Origin: Hydrolagus colliei
Lineage: Eukaryota
Assembly: GCA_035084275.1 (NCBI GenBank)
Contig: CM068749.1
Coordinates: 11,284,001 to 11,348,000, forward strand
DNA: 64,000 nucleotides
Reading direction: 5' to 3'
Shown: one piece after another, positions 11,674 through 24,480 of the stretch
Layout of the letters: every line of letters starts with the position of its first letter
Numbering within the stretch: the first letter of the stretch is position 1
The notes under the pieces: model-generated
Databases searched by the model: none
What the model was told of the DNA's origin: nothing
The model's input: only the letters and a program-made list of their open reading frames with translations
Program-made: the position numbers and the translations under genes

Positions 11674-14519
11674 TAATAAACTTTGTGTTTGATGTAGCCC
11701 TGTATCACGTTGGCAAAATTTCAAAGGGCTTCACAAGATTTAGGCAAATTGTAGTGACTGTATTTGTAGACATTTGTTCTTGCATCAATTTTGTAAATGT
11801 TCCTGAATGATCAAGAGAGTTGCAAGCCCCTTTCTATTATATCCCACTTAAATAGGTTTGGTTAGTTAGTTTCCCACTTAAATTGGATGAAGAATTAGTT
11901 TCCAGTATTTGCTCCCAGTTCTATTCCCAGGAGTTTCCAAACACATTACAATATTACAAACAAATTGCTTATTTTTGCACATCAATGATATAAGCCATTT
12001 GTTTACCCAGCACCATTTAGTTACAAAATTAGAAAGTTTATGTTTTCCCTTCCTGCAATACATCTAAACATGATTAGAAGCATGTTTCTGTCCCTTTAGA
12101 TTCCAGTGTGAATAAATGCCACTTTGGGTCAACAAGAATAATACAAAATTACATTTACAAAGTTCTGTACTTCTCTCCATTTCCAGGCAAGAACACCGTG
12201 CTGAGACAGTGCGGCTTCAAAATATGCCATCCCAATGGTTATCAAGTGTTTTGTGCTGCGCTGAAGCAGACTTGTGTATTTTAAAAATCTTTTTCCAGCT
12301 TTTCATCCTTCAGTGGCTGGCTGTTACTTAAGGTGTTTTAAAGGTTCAAAAAGTGTAAGTACGGTTCAGCAAATGCAATTGCTGTGTTTTTGGTGGTCAC
12401 TTTAATACTAATTTGTCTTGAGGCATTTTACTACATCAAATATACTCCTTTAATACATTATTTTGGATTCCCTGTTTCCCCCACCCTCACCCATAAGGTC
12501 ACAGTGCAAATTCTATGGCAAAAGAGAATGTAATCCAAACTCATTTAGCACTGGTGATCTCACCTTCAATTCACGTGAGACTGTACTGAATGCTAAAACC
12601 CTAATGGAGAATGAAATACCACAGAATTAGCCTTAGAACAAGATAAGAATGTGGTTTGACTCTTATAGGTACAAAATAAATTGTATGTTCAGTGCAGTTA
12701 CATTTCTGATTAGCTGGAATATTTTGTTTATATACTGTACATGTATAGATATAAAAGTTTGGCACCAGAAATGACTTATTTATTTTTTACCCTTTTAAAA
12801 AAAACGGAATTCGAAAGTCCGGTCAACACGGAGCTTCATTTTAAAATTGTAATCTATCGGCAATAAAAGGAAACAATGAAATGTTGTAACTGGCATTCTT
12901 TTCCAACTAAGTTTGATTCGAATGCTGCACTTTACCTGTGTTGCTACTGCCAAGCTTCAATGCACTCAAGGCAAATTAAATCTCGTGTAAGTAATAAAAC
13001 GCTTTGACAAAGAAGAACTTTGCAAGGTGAAACGTTTCCAAGGTCACTGCAGCAGTAATATTAAAACTTACCACAAACTAGTGCTCCCTGCTCCCCTGGC
13101 AGTCACATAGCATAAGGATTCCTTCCTTCCTCCTTCCTATCAGGAGTACTTTGTCATCTCGGCTGCCAAGCCCCTTTCAGTGCATTTTCATTAATTGGAT
13201 GAACGTGCTGACGTGATAATGCTCAAATTCTCCAAATTTGTGTGTGTGACTTGGAAAAATATTGGTTAGCTTTCAAGAAGAATTGGGTAGTATGTGATGG
13301 GCTCATTTGAGTGAATAACAATTTTTTTTACTTTAGCCTGAGCTGCTACATACTGGTTATTCATTATTGTTTTTAACTTTAGGGTTTGAACATTTCCAGT
13401 ATCTGAGCAATTATTTTCTCTCGTTTGACCTTAGTCACGCACAGATGCTCTTATTCCAGACAGTGCAGGGATTTACAGTAAAGTCATTTCATGACCTAGC
13501 ATTGAATAGGATTAATCAGGTTTTAAAATATCTTGAAATGGTGGGAATAGAGAAACTAGGGAATAGAGAAACTAGATTTGGTGGGTTAGGTCTGAAGGCA
13601 GGTGGAGATAGCAAATCACTTTATTGTAACTTTGGACCTTCAAGCATGGTTCAATTCAAAACTGGTCAACTTTTTCATTAAAGTTAATATTTATTCCAGG
13701 TTTTGATAACAACTTCTTCTTATGAACAAAGTTTCACCTTACCCTTACAGTTTGATTTAGATGGATACTTGAAAGTATCAATACAGATGATTTAAGGGGT
13801 CAAGCTAGTATTTAACTGGTATTTATTTTGAGCCTCTTAAATGTGGATATATGTAATAAACAATCATTAATAATAATCCTGTATTTGATATTACATCAGA
13901 AGATTTATGTCAGAACCGCTTCACATAATAATTTACAGCAAAGTACAGCGACTTATTTGTTGGCAGACATCAATTTCAATTTATTTAAATTTTATATGTA
14001 TTTGTACAGCTGAAAATAAAGATTGGATCTTGCTGGCAGACCATTAGGCTGTCAGGGAGCATAGGTGCCTCAAGACTGACTTGGTTGAGAACGTTTTTAA
14101 TGTGGTGCTGGCTATTGGACATCCCAAAGGAGTGAATTAATTCTGATTGTCTTTTCATTAGATCGTGGCAAATCATAATTCGGTTCATCACATTTGGTAA
14201 GTTTTCTTTTAGTCATACCATATACAGCATGACAAGTGCGAACGCATTAACTCTTATTAGGAACAGTTGTCATGCAGATGATTTATTCCTGTTTATATGG
14301 GAATCCCAGAATGTACTCTGTTCATCAGTAATCAGGCTGAAATTGACGCAGTTCTCATCATTGAAGCTCAGTGGCAGTGAGTAGCTGTAGGGCATGCAAT
14401 TCCCTGCACTAAGCAGTGGAAGACTTTGGCTTGTGTTTAGTTACAATGACTTATAAATACAAAGTCCACAGTATTTAACCCAGAAACTAGTCTGTAGTGC
14501 TTTTTGTTTCCCCCGAATT

Positions 14520-14660
14520 TTTCAACCTCCCCTACATGTTTCACCCCTTCCCGAACACTCCGTTCCCAGCTCGGGTCACACGCCTCCTGTGCAGCGCCTT
14601 GGGACGTCCTCCCGACGTGAAAGGCGCTTTATAAGTTTAAGTTATTGTTGTTGTTATTGT
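14520..14660 (+). mobile_element. Young L2 3' tail ending in (TTG)n
   Basis: gggtcacacgcctcctgtgcagcgccttgggacgtcctcccgacgtgaaaggcgctttataagtttaagttattgttgttgtt; near-identical reverse copy at 24405-24480. Confidence 0.8.
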
Positions 14661-14759
14661 ATAGCTGGCTTCTGAATAATTTGTTTAAATTCGCTGCCTT
14701 TCCTGAGGGAGTTAAAGATCCCATTCCTTTTATTTTCCTGGCTGATATTTCCCACCCCA

Positions 14760-14920
14760 AAATTAATCAATCACTTCCTGGCAAATTCTGGGATATTATT
14801 GCGTGCAAATAGGCTGTCCCAATCGCTACAAAATACAGTCACTATATTTTACATTGTATCCTGTGAAGCACTTAGCTTTGTCTTGAAACGATAGGTGCTA
14901 TATCAGATGGAAGGATTATG
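14760..14920 (+). mobile_element. Diverged SINE 3' part
   Basis: gcgtgcaaataggctgtc...aaatacagtcactat...ctgtgaagcact...tgctatatcagatggaaggatta. Confidence 0.6.
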
Positions 14921-15805
14921 AATAAAAGCAAACCACTTGATGTGAAATCATCTGTTTACTGTATTGAAATTCTCAGTGCCATACTCTCATGATATTTGTC
15001 AGAATAGTTAGCTATTTTAGCAATTTCCTCACAGTCAGAATTAATGTGTGTCTCTGTCTGTCTGTGCGTATCTGTCACGCATTCTTTATTTTTCTCTTGC
15101 TACAATGAAATCTCCACATCTGTATCCATTGCAGTACCTTCATTTACAGGCAGTCCACCTCATTTCTCATTTTGTTGTTTCAAAAGACTGCAGATTAAAA
15201 ACTTTTCATCAACCCACTGATATCACAGCATTTGGGCAGGGTCTACTGTTTTCCATGATGAACATACTTGTCTGTTTGAGTGGAAATTGCTGCTTGAAGG
15301 TATGAGATGACCTGCTCATTTCTCATAAGGTGTCCTTGTCAGAAACAAGCCTGGATTCCCTTTCAGGTGTACAATCTGTTTGAGCAGCTTTGAGCCTTGT
15401 GTGATATGCTGGGTGCTGGGAATCTGTGTGTCATGTGGAGTGGTTGAGAGTTGGATGAGTGATGTGGCATGAAATTCAAATGGTTCTGGTTTCAAATTCA
15501 ATGAGTTATGCAGAGTTGAAAGAGTTCAGCGTATAGGAATTTTGCTCTGGATTTTCTGTTTCCCATTTGTTTTGTACAGTACTTCACTTTGAGTGATCTG
15601 CTATCCTTTAGTTTTATAAATGTGAGGCGGTGGACAAATCTCTTGAGGAAGTTGGGGAACTGGATGATATTAACCATTGTACTGACCCTAGCCCTCAAAC
15701 TGGTTAGCGGCAGACAGAAGTATCACAACTGAGGCACTATTATTAAAACAGTCCACTGTCTGGTCTAGGTGATAGGAAATAAAATAACAACAGTGTAAAA
15801 CATCT

Positions 15806-15990
15806 GAACAACAATTTGCATTTATACAGTGGCCCTCATGCAGCTCATGACATTGGTGGAGTATGATGCTGAGCCGGGGGAAAGTGATCAATAACACAAT
15901 CAAAGAGGAAAGGCATTAGGCGTGACCTGGAGATGGGGAAGGAGGAGGCTGGGGAAAGGGATTGAGGGAGAGTTTCAGGAATTTCAGGGA
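15806..15990 (-). mobile_element. L2 3' fragment
   Basis: aacaacaatttgcatttatacag tail. The minus frame PETLPQSLSPASSFPISRSRLMPFLF resembles L2 WNSLP..LR...S...FKS.LKT.LF. Confidence 0.6.
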
Positions 15991-18704
15991 AACGTGCAAC
16001 CCAATTAAAATCGCTTTCGGCAGAAGAATGAGAGGTTTTCCAAGTAACGTTGTAATCTGCATTTCTCTTGTAGTTTCTCAAGATGCTTTTGCACCTGGCT
16101 CCAAATTCCATATCCTTACATTTAAATCGTCTTAGATTATGACAGCTGGCTTTCACTGATTTGGTTTTCTCCAGCGCACGATAGAGGCGCAGATGTGAAT
16201 GGGAGACTGAGCTCCCTGGTGAGGCAGTGTTAATTGTGACCCATGTTTCCTGAATCCTTTTCAGTTTTGGACGTTCATGTGTGTGGCCTGCCAACATAAC
16301 CATAACTTCCTGGTTTATAGCTAAACTGTGAATACCACTTGAAGAATTCAATGTAGTTGGTCACTGTGTACCGAATGCTTTTATACTATGTCTCTGTTGT
16401 GTCGTGATTGTACTTTAAATAATGCCTTTTCCGGCATTCAGAAACATTATCTGAGCTCTTTGAGGCATTATCCTTTGTGAAAGGCACCATATATATGCAA
16501 GTTGTTGTTATTTTGCTTTCATATGCTGTAATGCGCAGATTGAATTCAATATTGCGCACCAAGTCCTGTTTCTTTACTAATACAGTATTTATATATTATT
16601 TCATAGTACGATTTGTTTCATATGTATGTATGGACATGCAGTAATTAGTAATGCTGGACTGCCCAATATAACTGTTTGGTCAAGTAGGAGACTTGATCTT
16701 CAGTCTCAATTAGGTGTGCTTTACTTTGCATAATTTGCATGAATAGTACTGTATCCCAAAGTCCTGTGCAATCCAATGTATAAGTGGGACTTTATGCATT
16801 TCTTATTGCCATCTGCATTCAGCCACTTTTACAGGAGGGATTTAGATCCTTTTGGGAATCGGAGGTTGGTGAGGTTGGGTGATGGTGATGGTGGGGGAGG
16901 GGGAGAAGAAGGAACGTATCCGCAGAAAATTTTATCAGCAAATGATGGTTGCTCTTGTTCTCAATCGTATTCAAAATTCTCATGTGTGCATCTTTTAGGC
17001 TCTTTTTAATGGTTAATACCTTTCGTTGTAGAAGAATATAAAAATGAAGAGCCCCTGATGCTAACATGCTCAGTCCACCCTTGCAGGGACACTCACTACA
17101 TGTATTGTTCATCAATATAACTGGTCGGTGGAATAAAAGCTAAAAATTTAGGCACTGGGGGACTGAGGCGTCCTGTTCCCTAGCGAGCCTTTCGCTCCGC
17201 ACTTATAATGGGATTCAGACCCCACTTGGTGCTCAGTGAAACAGCTCTCAAGTCTTCGTGAGGAACCGCCTGGACCAGTTCCAGATCACAGTGAGCTTTG
17301 CAGAATGCTGCCCTGACCTCTTCCACTGTTGTCATGGTATAAATATACAGATTGTGTCCGTTAACTGCTGGCGAAGCCCTTGGGCTTTTCCTCTGAAGCA
17401 GTTCTTTAAATATTTTTAAGCTTTCACCATCACCCGGGTGTTGTAATTAAAAGAGTTTTGAGTCTCCTGTTGAGATCCTGTTGAGAGGGGGAACAGTATT
17501 GATGGCTCCAAACATTCTTAACTGTTTCCAGTACAGGCTGCTAAAGACTACAGTGGATGGACAGCAAGGCCACCGGAGCCTTTCAACAAGCTTTTGAATT
17601 TGTCTTGAAAGGTTTAAGTGTTCTCGGCCATGGGATCTTCCGTAGGAAGAACCTTTTGGGGATTTTTAAGGAACAGCTACATCATTTTCTGGTGAAACCT
17701 GCTAGGAAGTGGGCCTGACAGTGTGATTTCGGCTGAGAATTTATTTGCTCTTTGGCAGGACTTTTGAGGGGCTTAGCAGCTACTCAGAGCAGGAATTTTT
17801 CCCACTTGCCTCTTGTTAACCCTGTGAGACCTATGTCCTAATGGATAGGGTGCTCCTTGCTGGACAAACAGTGGGAGAACTTGCCAGGCAGTGCTTTAAA
17901 GGGCAAGCCATGCAGTTTTAAGCGGTTGGACTCCAGCAGTATTCCCAAACATATGCCAAGGTCCTGAAGCCTTGGCTCCTGCCAACCTGCACCTAATACT
18001 TTCTAGAAGATGCGTCCCTCCAGGAAGAGAGAGAATGACACTGGAAAATCCCATGTGCAGGTAGCATTTACAAAACTGTCCTGTTTGGATACTCTAAAAC
18101 ATGGCGATGGGTTTCCGGATTTATCAGACATCAATTGAATTGAACCCGAATGCTCCGTAATGTAAACCCCTGGATCTCACTGAGTTCAGTTATTAATTCC
18201 CTGGAGTCTGACTCCAAAATGAAACATTAGTGAAACTACCTCCTCCTACTCTACACCCCCACTTTATCAGTGTGTGGACATATGCAAGGCATTTATGACG
18301 CCTGTCAAATCTGTAGTATTTATGAACCTTATTAATGTAATAAGGTCTGTGTCATGCAAATGAGGACGCCTCCCAGTAACTTTGTTCTGCTGACCCACGG
18401 GAGTTCCCTTTATTCAACGGAATTTGAATTGGATTCAATCCGATTAGGAAATGCCACGAATTAAAACCAGTCTCGTGCATCGTTGTTTATTGAAGATAGG
18501 TGGCAGATGTGGAATCCTTTCCAAGTATAGGGGAGGTGGGAGGGGGTGGGGAGGTTGGTGGGGGGAAGCTATAGACCAACATGATTTAATGCAACTCTGG
18601 TCTATAAAAGTACGACTGGAATTTTTCTTCTCCCTGCTGATACTTTCATTGATCTTTTCCAATCATTTCTACTCTGGAAATCTCATCAGATAAACTCTTG
18701 ATGA

Positions 18705-19109
18705 AGTAGCAAAAATCTTTGTATTTAAGTTTATAGTGCATTTCATGCCAGGAGGACATTGCAAAGCGCTTCTGAGGACTTATTGTAAAATGTAATGACT
18801 GTGTGTGTGTGTGGTTGGTGAGTGTGGCAGCTATTTCATGCACAACAGTGTCCTGCAAACAGCCATGAAGTGAATGAACAATTTTATTTGTGGGTATTGT
18901 TGGCCGGGAGAAACTTCCCTCTCTTTTCAAATCGTGCCATGGGATCGTTAACATCCACCTGACCCAGGCAGATGGTACCTTGGTTTAATATCATCCAACA
19001 CCTCCAAACGGGCAACAGTCCCCCTTCACTCCCTTCCCCACTACCACTGTATTGGAGTGTCAGTCTCGCCTGTGTGAGTTCAAAGTTCAAATCTGGGGCT
19101 TGAACTGAC

Positions 19110-19140
<31 letters not shown>

Positions 19141-19150
19141 AGCTGAGCTA
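18705..19150 (-). mobile_element. SINE family B (Deu-like), near full length
   Basis: gtgccatgggatcgttaacatccacctg...cttggtttaatatcatc...cttgaactgacaaccttctgactcagaggcaagagtgctaccagctgagc. Confidence 0.8.
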
Positions 19151-20152
19151 TGTTGGTGAGCCAATGCACCTCCTGTGGAGTGAAGGGACCTTCCCCGTGT
19201 GTGGTGTTTCACAGTACAAACAATGAGAAAAAGGCTGCAGAGTAGTTTTGCTCCTGTGGTGGACTTGCCTGCACAGTTGACCTGCATATTCTACGAGTCA
19301 GCAAACAGGGAAAAACATGAAGTGCGGATAGAATCGAGTATTCAACAATTTTCTGTCCCAATTTATTTACTCTTAGCTAAACATATTGTGGAGGCCTCAT
19401 GAGGATTGCTTTTGCTCAGTTCAGTGCTTCTCGAGTCTCCTGACTGTTGCTGGAATCTTTGCTCTTATAGAGGTTGTGTTAATTCTCAACCATGTGTCAA
19501 AGGTCGGTCTGTTCCAGGAACCTACCAGAAAGGGCATTAAATTGCCTGAAAACATCGTGGATGCGGAATCTCAGTAATGTCACGCTTTAGTCTCAAACTG
19601 CTCAGATACATTTCCACATGAGACTTATCTGAAAAGCTCCATAGTTATTTTACTCAATTGCCTCCACCTTTGATGAATTCTAGGATATACACCTCTTGGA
19701 ATTAAAGAATTCTCCTATGACAACTTCCATTTGTAAGTAGTATTTATTTATGTAGTTCATATAAGATAGCTGAAAACAGCAGTGTTGCTGAGAGCGGAAA
19801 CACAGCGATGCAGCAGATTGAACGCTCATTAAACCTGAGTACTCCAAACAAGCTGCATCACCCACACTTCCTTGTGTCTATAAATATATATTACACATAT
19901 CCTTGTCCTCAAAGGATATTGTACTCCAGGCTGTTTGAAATATTCAATCATTTTAATGAAAATATTAATCCTAACATTTGATACAGTGCCTTTCACATCA
20001 TGAGGACATCTCAAATCACTTCATCCGATGTACAGTGTAGTGACTGTGTACAATTGTAGCGTAGGCAAACATAGACGAACAACAAAATACAACAACAACA
20101 AAATTACATTTCAAGAACGCCTTTCACCTCGGGAGGAGAAATGACAAGGGTC

Positions 20153-20285
20153 GTTCTGACGAAGGATCGTGGACCCGAAACGTTGACTCACTTTTCTTTT
20201 CTCCGTAGATGCTGCCTGACCTGCTGAGTGTTCTCAGCGATTTCTGTTTTTAGTTCAGATTTCCAGCATCTGCAGTATTTTGTGT
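20153..20285 (+). mobile_element. Single PLE-derived unit with a degenerate hammerhead-like motif
   Basis: gtt-CTGACGA-a-ggat(cgtgg)accc-GAAA-cgttgactc...gatgctgcctgacctgctgag...ccagcatctgcagtattttgtgt, colinear with the arms of the 50132-50368 element. Confidence 0.7.
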
Positions 20286-21159
20286 ATATATATGTATATC
20301 TTTTTTATATAGACAAAAGTAAAATTATTCGTAACTTGGTGCTGTGCGCTTCAAAGATTGGAAAAAGCTTTAATATCTTAAATACTTGGTCTATTACACT
20401 AAGTGTCTAAGTACATTTTGTTCCTAAAATGATAGCATTTCATTGTGAATCTACAAACAGAAGTGACCTTGAGCCAAACCAAAGCTGTGGCATTTTTCTC
20501 AACTGCTTTTACTCAGTTTAGGGGAGATCTGAGAGCAAAGTCAATGCAGTGAAGTGAGTTGCAAGTTTTATACCAGGAGTGAAGTAACGTAATCTTTCCT
20601 CTGACCAAGGGCAAATTGGCTTTTAAACTAACAGCCATTGTAAGAGCTGAACGTAAAAGAAACAAAACTGGGAAAAATTGGTACTTACCTGGAATGATAG
20701 GTAATGAGCTTAAACGTTTACCAGGTAATTTTCAGGTGTCGCCTCCTATTCAAAATACCATACCTATAAAAATTCCTGTATCTTAGCAACAGCTATTTAA
20801 GTTAATTTAATTAGTATCCCTGCAAGGTAGTTAATGGAATTGCTTGCTTTAAGGTGGCTTTATGCCACGTATAACAGATGGCGAGTGCATTTTTCACATT
20901 TGTTGGTTTGTGAGGAAAAAAGGGATCATAAGGTGTAGTTAGACCTCATTTTAGGTCTTTACGCTGGACTGCAATGCACTGTTGCACTTGCACTCGGCTT
21001 GCTGAGTTTGTGCCATTTGGCTGATAGTATGGAGGGACCCCAAAGCTTTTGATTTAGTTTCCTTCTCTAATTGTGGGAGGGCGCATGAGAGAGGATTGTG
21101 TAATTAGTGCTTGTTCTGAATAAACATGGCCCCTTCAGGTATTAAACCTCTCCTCATTC

Positions 21160-21180
21160 TCACACACACACACACACACA
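21160..21180. repeat. (CA)n microsatellite
   Basis: About ten CA units. Confidence 0.9.
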
Positions 21181-23611
21181 GGTGAAAGGAGAGAAGTCAG
21201 ATATGGGACCAATCCACAATAGTTACTCATGGTGCTCATGCTTACAGATGGACACAATTGCACAATTTTGAAGACCTGATCTAGATCACGCTGCAAAACA
21301 TAGGATCAACATGGATATTGGAACTACAACATGCAAGCGATTTTGAGAAAATATCAGCTGTGCATTACACGTTTCCATCCAGTTAGCAAGAAAGCTATGT
21401 GGTTTCAGCTACTTAGACTCCAGCAGTATCAGCCACACACATTCAGGGCTGTCCCCAATCCACGGCTCTTGCAAATCTGTGCCTAACATTAGGGGTGGGT
21501 TTGGTAAGTTAACCAGTATGCGTCCCTCCTCAGAGACAGTCACATTCCATCCCAGCAATCTTATCTCTGGAATTTCCATGTGTAGGTGGGATGTATGGAA
21601 TTCTCAGTTTGGTTTGGATACGCTTAAACATGGTGATGGGTTTCAGCATTTGTCAGACATCCGGCCGGCCAAACCAAAATAAGTTTGAAGTCTGGAATTA
21701 CAGAGCAGTGTTAAGAAGGTTTATTCAACAGTTTAACAGCGATGCTTTTCATACTCTGGCCGACAGTCTTGGGCTTCAAATAGAAGATCAGGATTCTGTA
21801 CGCAATGGGGGAGGGAAAAATAACATTCCATTTTGATTGCTTTCTGGAAGCTCCTCTGTGTGTTACGAGAATGATATTGGATCAAATTGTTGTGGGATAC
21901 GAGTATCAACTTTAATAAGGTGCAGAGAGAAACTGGTAGTGTCTGCTACCAGTTATAAATGAAAACCACTGAATGCTGATATCTTAGGCAGCGATTCTGG
22001 TGAACTGTTCCCTGTTGACCTACGCAGCCACCAACCTGGGTCGAACACAGCTAATTTCTTCTCAGAATAAGCCCTCACCTCTTGTGCAAAGTTTCTCATT
22101 TCCTCCCCCTCCCCCCAGTACTGAAAAATCTATTTTACTGCCAGTTATATTTCTGCACTTGCTGCTGAATTTGGCCCTGCCAAAGTGCGATTACAGTCTG
22201 CGCAACAGAGATTAATAGTTTGCATAGCGCCTAGCCCGATAATAAATTTCCACCAGATTGTTTACATAGCATGTTTTAAACCTGATGAGCTATGACAGTC
22301 AGTTGAATTCAGATGAGCTGGATGTGTGTAGCTAGCTGCTGCAGCCATTGTGTGAATGAGTTCAGTGTCCTGGAATGTGTTTGAGGTCAGCACCCACATC
22401 GCTGAGGGGACTCTTCATTTAGTGCTTTATTGGAAACATCAATTCTCAGAGCACCAGGGCTGCCCTTCATTCAGTGCACAACACTGACTTGGCAGTGACT
22501 CTGGCGAGAGACAATATTAGGACAGTTGGAAGCAGAAGCAATTGCCTGGGTTGAGAACTATCTCATACTCTCCCCCCCAGCCCCCATCACCCCTTGCTCT
22601 TTGCTCGTTTTTAAAAAAAAAAGTCGGTTAAAAAGTCTTTGTGAAAAGTTTGACAAAATAGATTTTCTTTGGGGTTGGGTGGGCGCTGTGCATTATTTGC
22701 ATTGTAATAGCTTCTAAGTGCAAGCGATGAGATAACTTGTTTCTAATTTGAGTTAAATCAGTGTATTGCGTTTCCAAGCAAATGAAGAGGGAAGAAAGGG
22801 TGTATGAGGGAAGTTTCCTTCCACCATTTTCAAACAGACAGCAAATCCACCACCTCATTCTAGGTCCTGTGAAAACAACAACAAAATTTAATTTTTAAAA
22901 CGCCTTACACGCTGGGAGAAGATGTGGGAAGAGAGGAAGATATTGCACCTAGGATCTACATTTACTTACCGGGCATTATAGAGCAGTAAGAAATTGGCAA
23001 ATTCTTAAATCCAGCTTTAGCTTTGGTGCTGATTTTCTGTAAATTTTTTAAAAGAATTGTAGAGATCCAACTGCAGAATCACAGACTGATTTTCAATCAT
23101 TTCCCCAGATTCTGCCTGCTCTGAAATTGAGTAAATGTATTCCTCTCCAATAAAACCTCATTTAAAAATCAGCTTGCATTAATACATTGCCTTTACAGTT
23201 TATAGAGTGTCCCAAAATTAAAATAATTTTGAAATGAATGTCATGTAACATTTCCGAAACAGCCTGAGAGGAGCAACCAATTAATCAATATTTTTTTTTG
23301 GGGGGTGGGGGTGGTAAATTTAGATGAGGGATCAATATTAGCCAGGAAAATCTCAAAATACTTTTATTTCAGTTTAAGGTGAACTGGCCAAACCCAGGCG
23401 TATCGCACCCTCCCTCTCACACACAAACCACATTTCTGATGTTATTTAATAATTTAATTGAAATCTCTATCGTTCTTTAAATAGGACAGCTAAATTATTA
23501 ATTTTATATGGGGATAATTATTCAAGCAACTTTTAAAAACAAGCATTCTGAGCAGCTCATATGGCATATGGCAACTTGTCCAAATAAGCCAGAAGACTGT
23601 CAACCACACTA

Positions 23612-24020
23612 AATAATAATATTCCTTAGATTTGATATCATACCTTTCATGTTGGGAAGATGTCTCAAGGCAATTCATAGGATACACAGTAATGTCTGTT
23701 ATAGCCAAACACTTCAATCACTTAGCCCACAGCAATATGCTATAAACAGGCATAGACCTTATAACCAATTTTATCTGTAGAAGTGTCGGCCAGAACACGC
23801 AGAAAAACTCTTTTTAGGTAGTTGCGTAGGGTCTTTAATGTAAACCAGAACAAGGACCTCAGTTTAACTTGTAATCCAAAGGAGCTAAGACAATGTGGTA
23901 CATCCCAAGCACTGCGTTGGAGTGTCAGCCTGGGCTGTATTAATTCAAAGCTCTGACGTGGTTTGATTCCACTACCTTCTGACTCGAGGTGAAAGTGCTA
24001 CCAACTGAGGCAGGTTGATA
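23612..24020 (-). mobile_element. SINE family B (Deu-like)
   Basis: Tail, core gggtctttaatg...cctcagtttaac...atccaaagga and head accttctgactcgaggtgaaagtgctaccaactgag. Confidence 0.75.
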
Positions 24021-24404
24021 CAGAAACAAACACTTTCGAATCCCAGGCTTTGATTTTTTACAGTCTTATCCTCTCATCTACTTTTCCCTACATCTCTTGA
24101 AAACTCTTCTGACTCATTATTTCTTTCTATTGGGGAACAGTTCCATTTGTGTTGTGTGCCTCCTCTCCAATATTTAACCCCCCAAGCTGCTACTTTGTGA
24201 GTGAGTCTGGACAGCAAACATTTCCAGTGTGTTTAACACGGCTGGTCCTAATCCTGTTTTCAGCCAATATCCACACAGCGGTGTCTCTGGCTAACAATCA
24301 AGAACGGGACCCTCGCTGAATTCTAGTGCTTCAATCTATTCCTGTGACCCGGCTCTACAATTTGAAAAGTATTGCATAAGAATGGGGATGAGAGAGGACC
24401 ACTT

Positions 24405-24480
24405 CAACAACAACTTAAACTTATAAAGCGCCTTTCACGTCAGGAGGACATCCCAAGGCGCTGCACAGGAGGCGTGTGAC
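24405..24480 (-). mobile_element. Young L2 3' tail
   Basis: Reverse complement of about 14576-14650. Other short copies lie near 11015, 20085, 22875, 25105, 26222, 32855 and 33280. Confidence 0.8.

Noticed and set aside
15845-16351. 168-aa minus-strand ORF
   Set aside because: Non-ATG start; the only recognisable part is a degenerate L2 ORF2 tail.
22282-22310. CTGATGAG hammerhead or C-box-like start (also near 3767 and 33685)
   Set aside because: No stem II followed by GAAA, and no convincing C/D box pair with a terminal stem.
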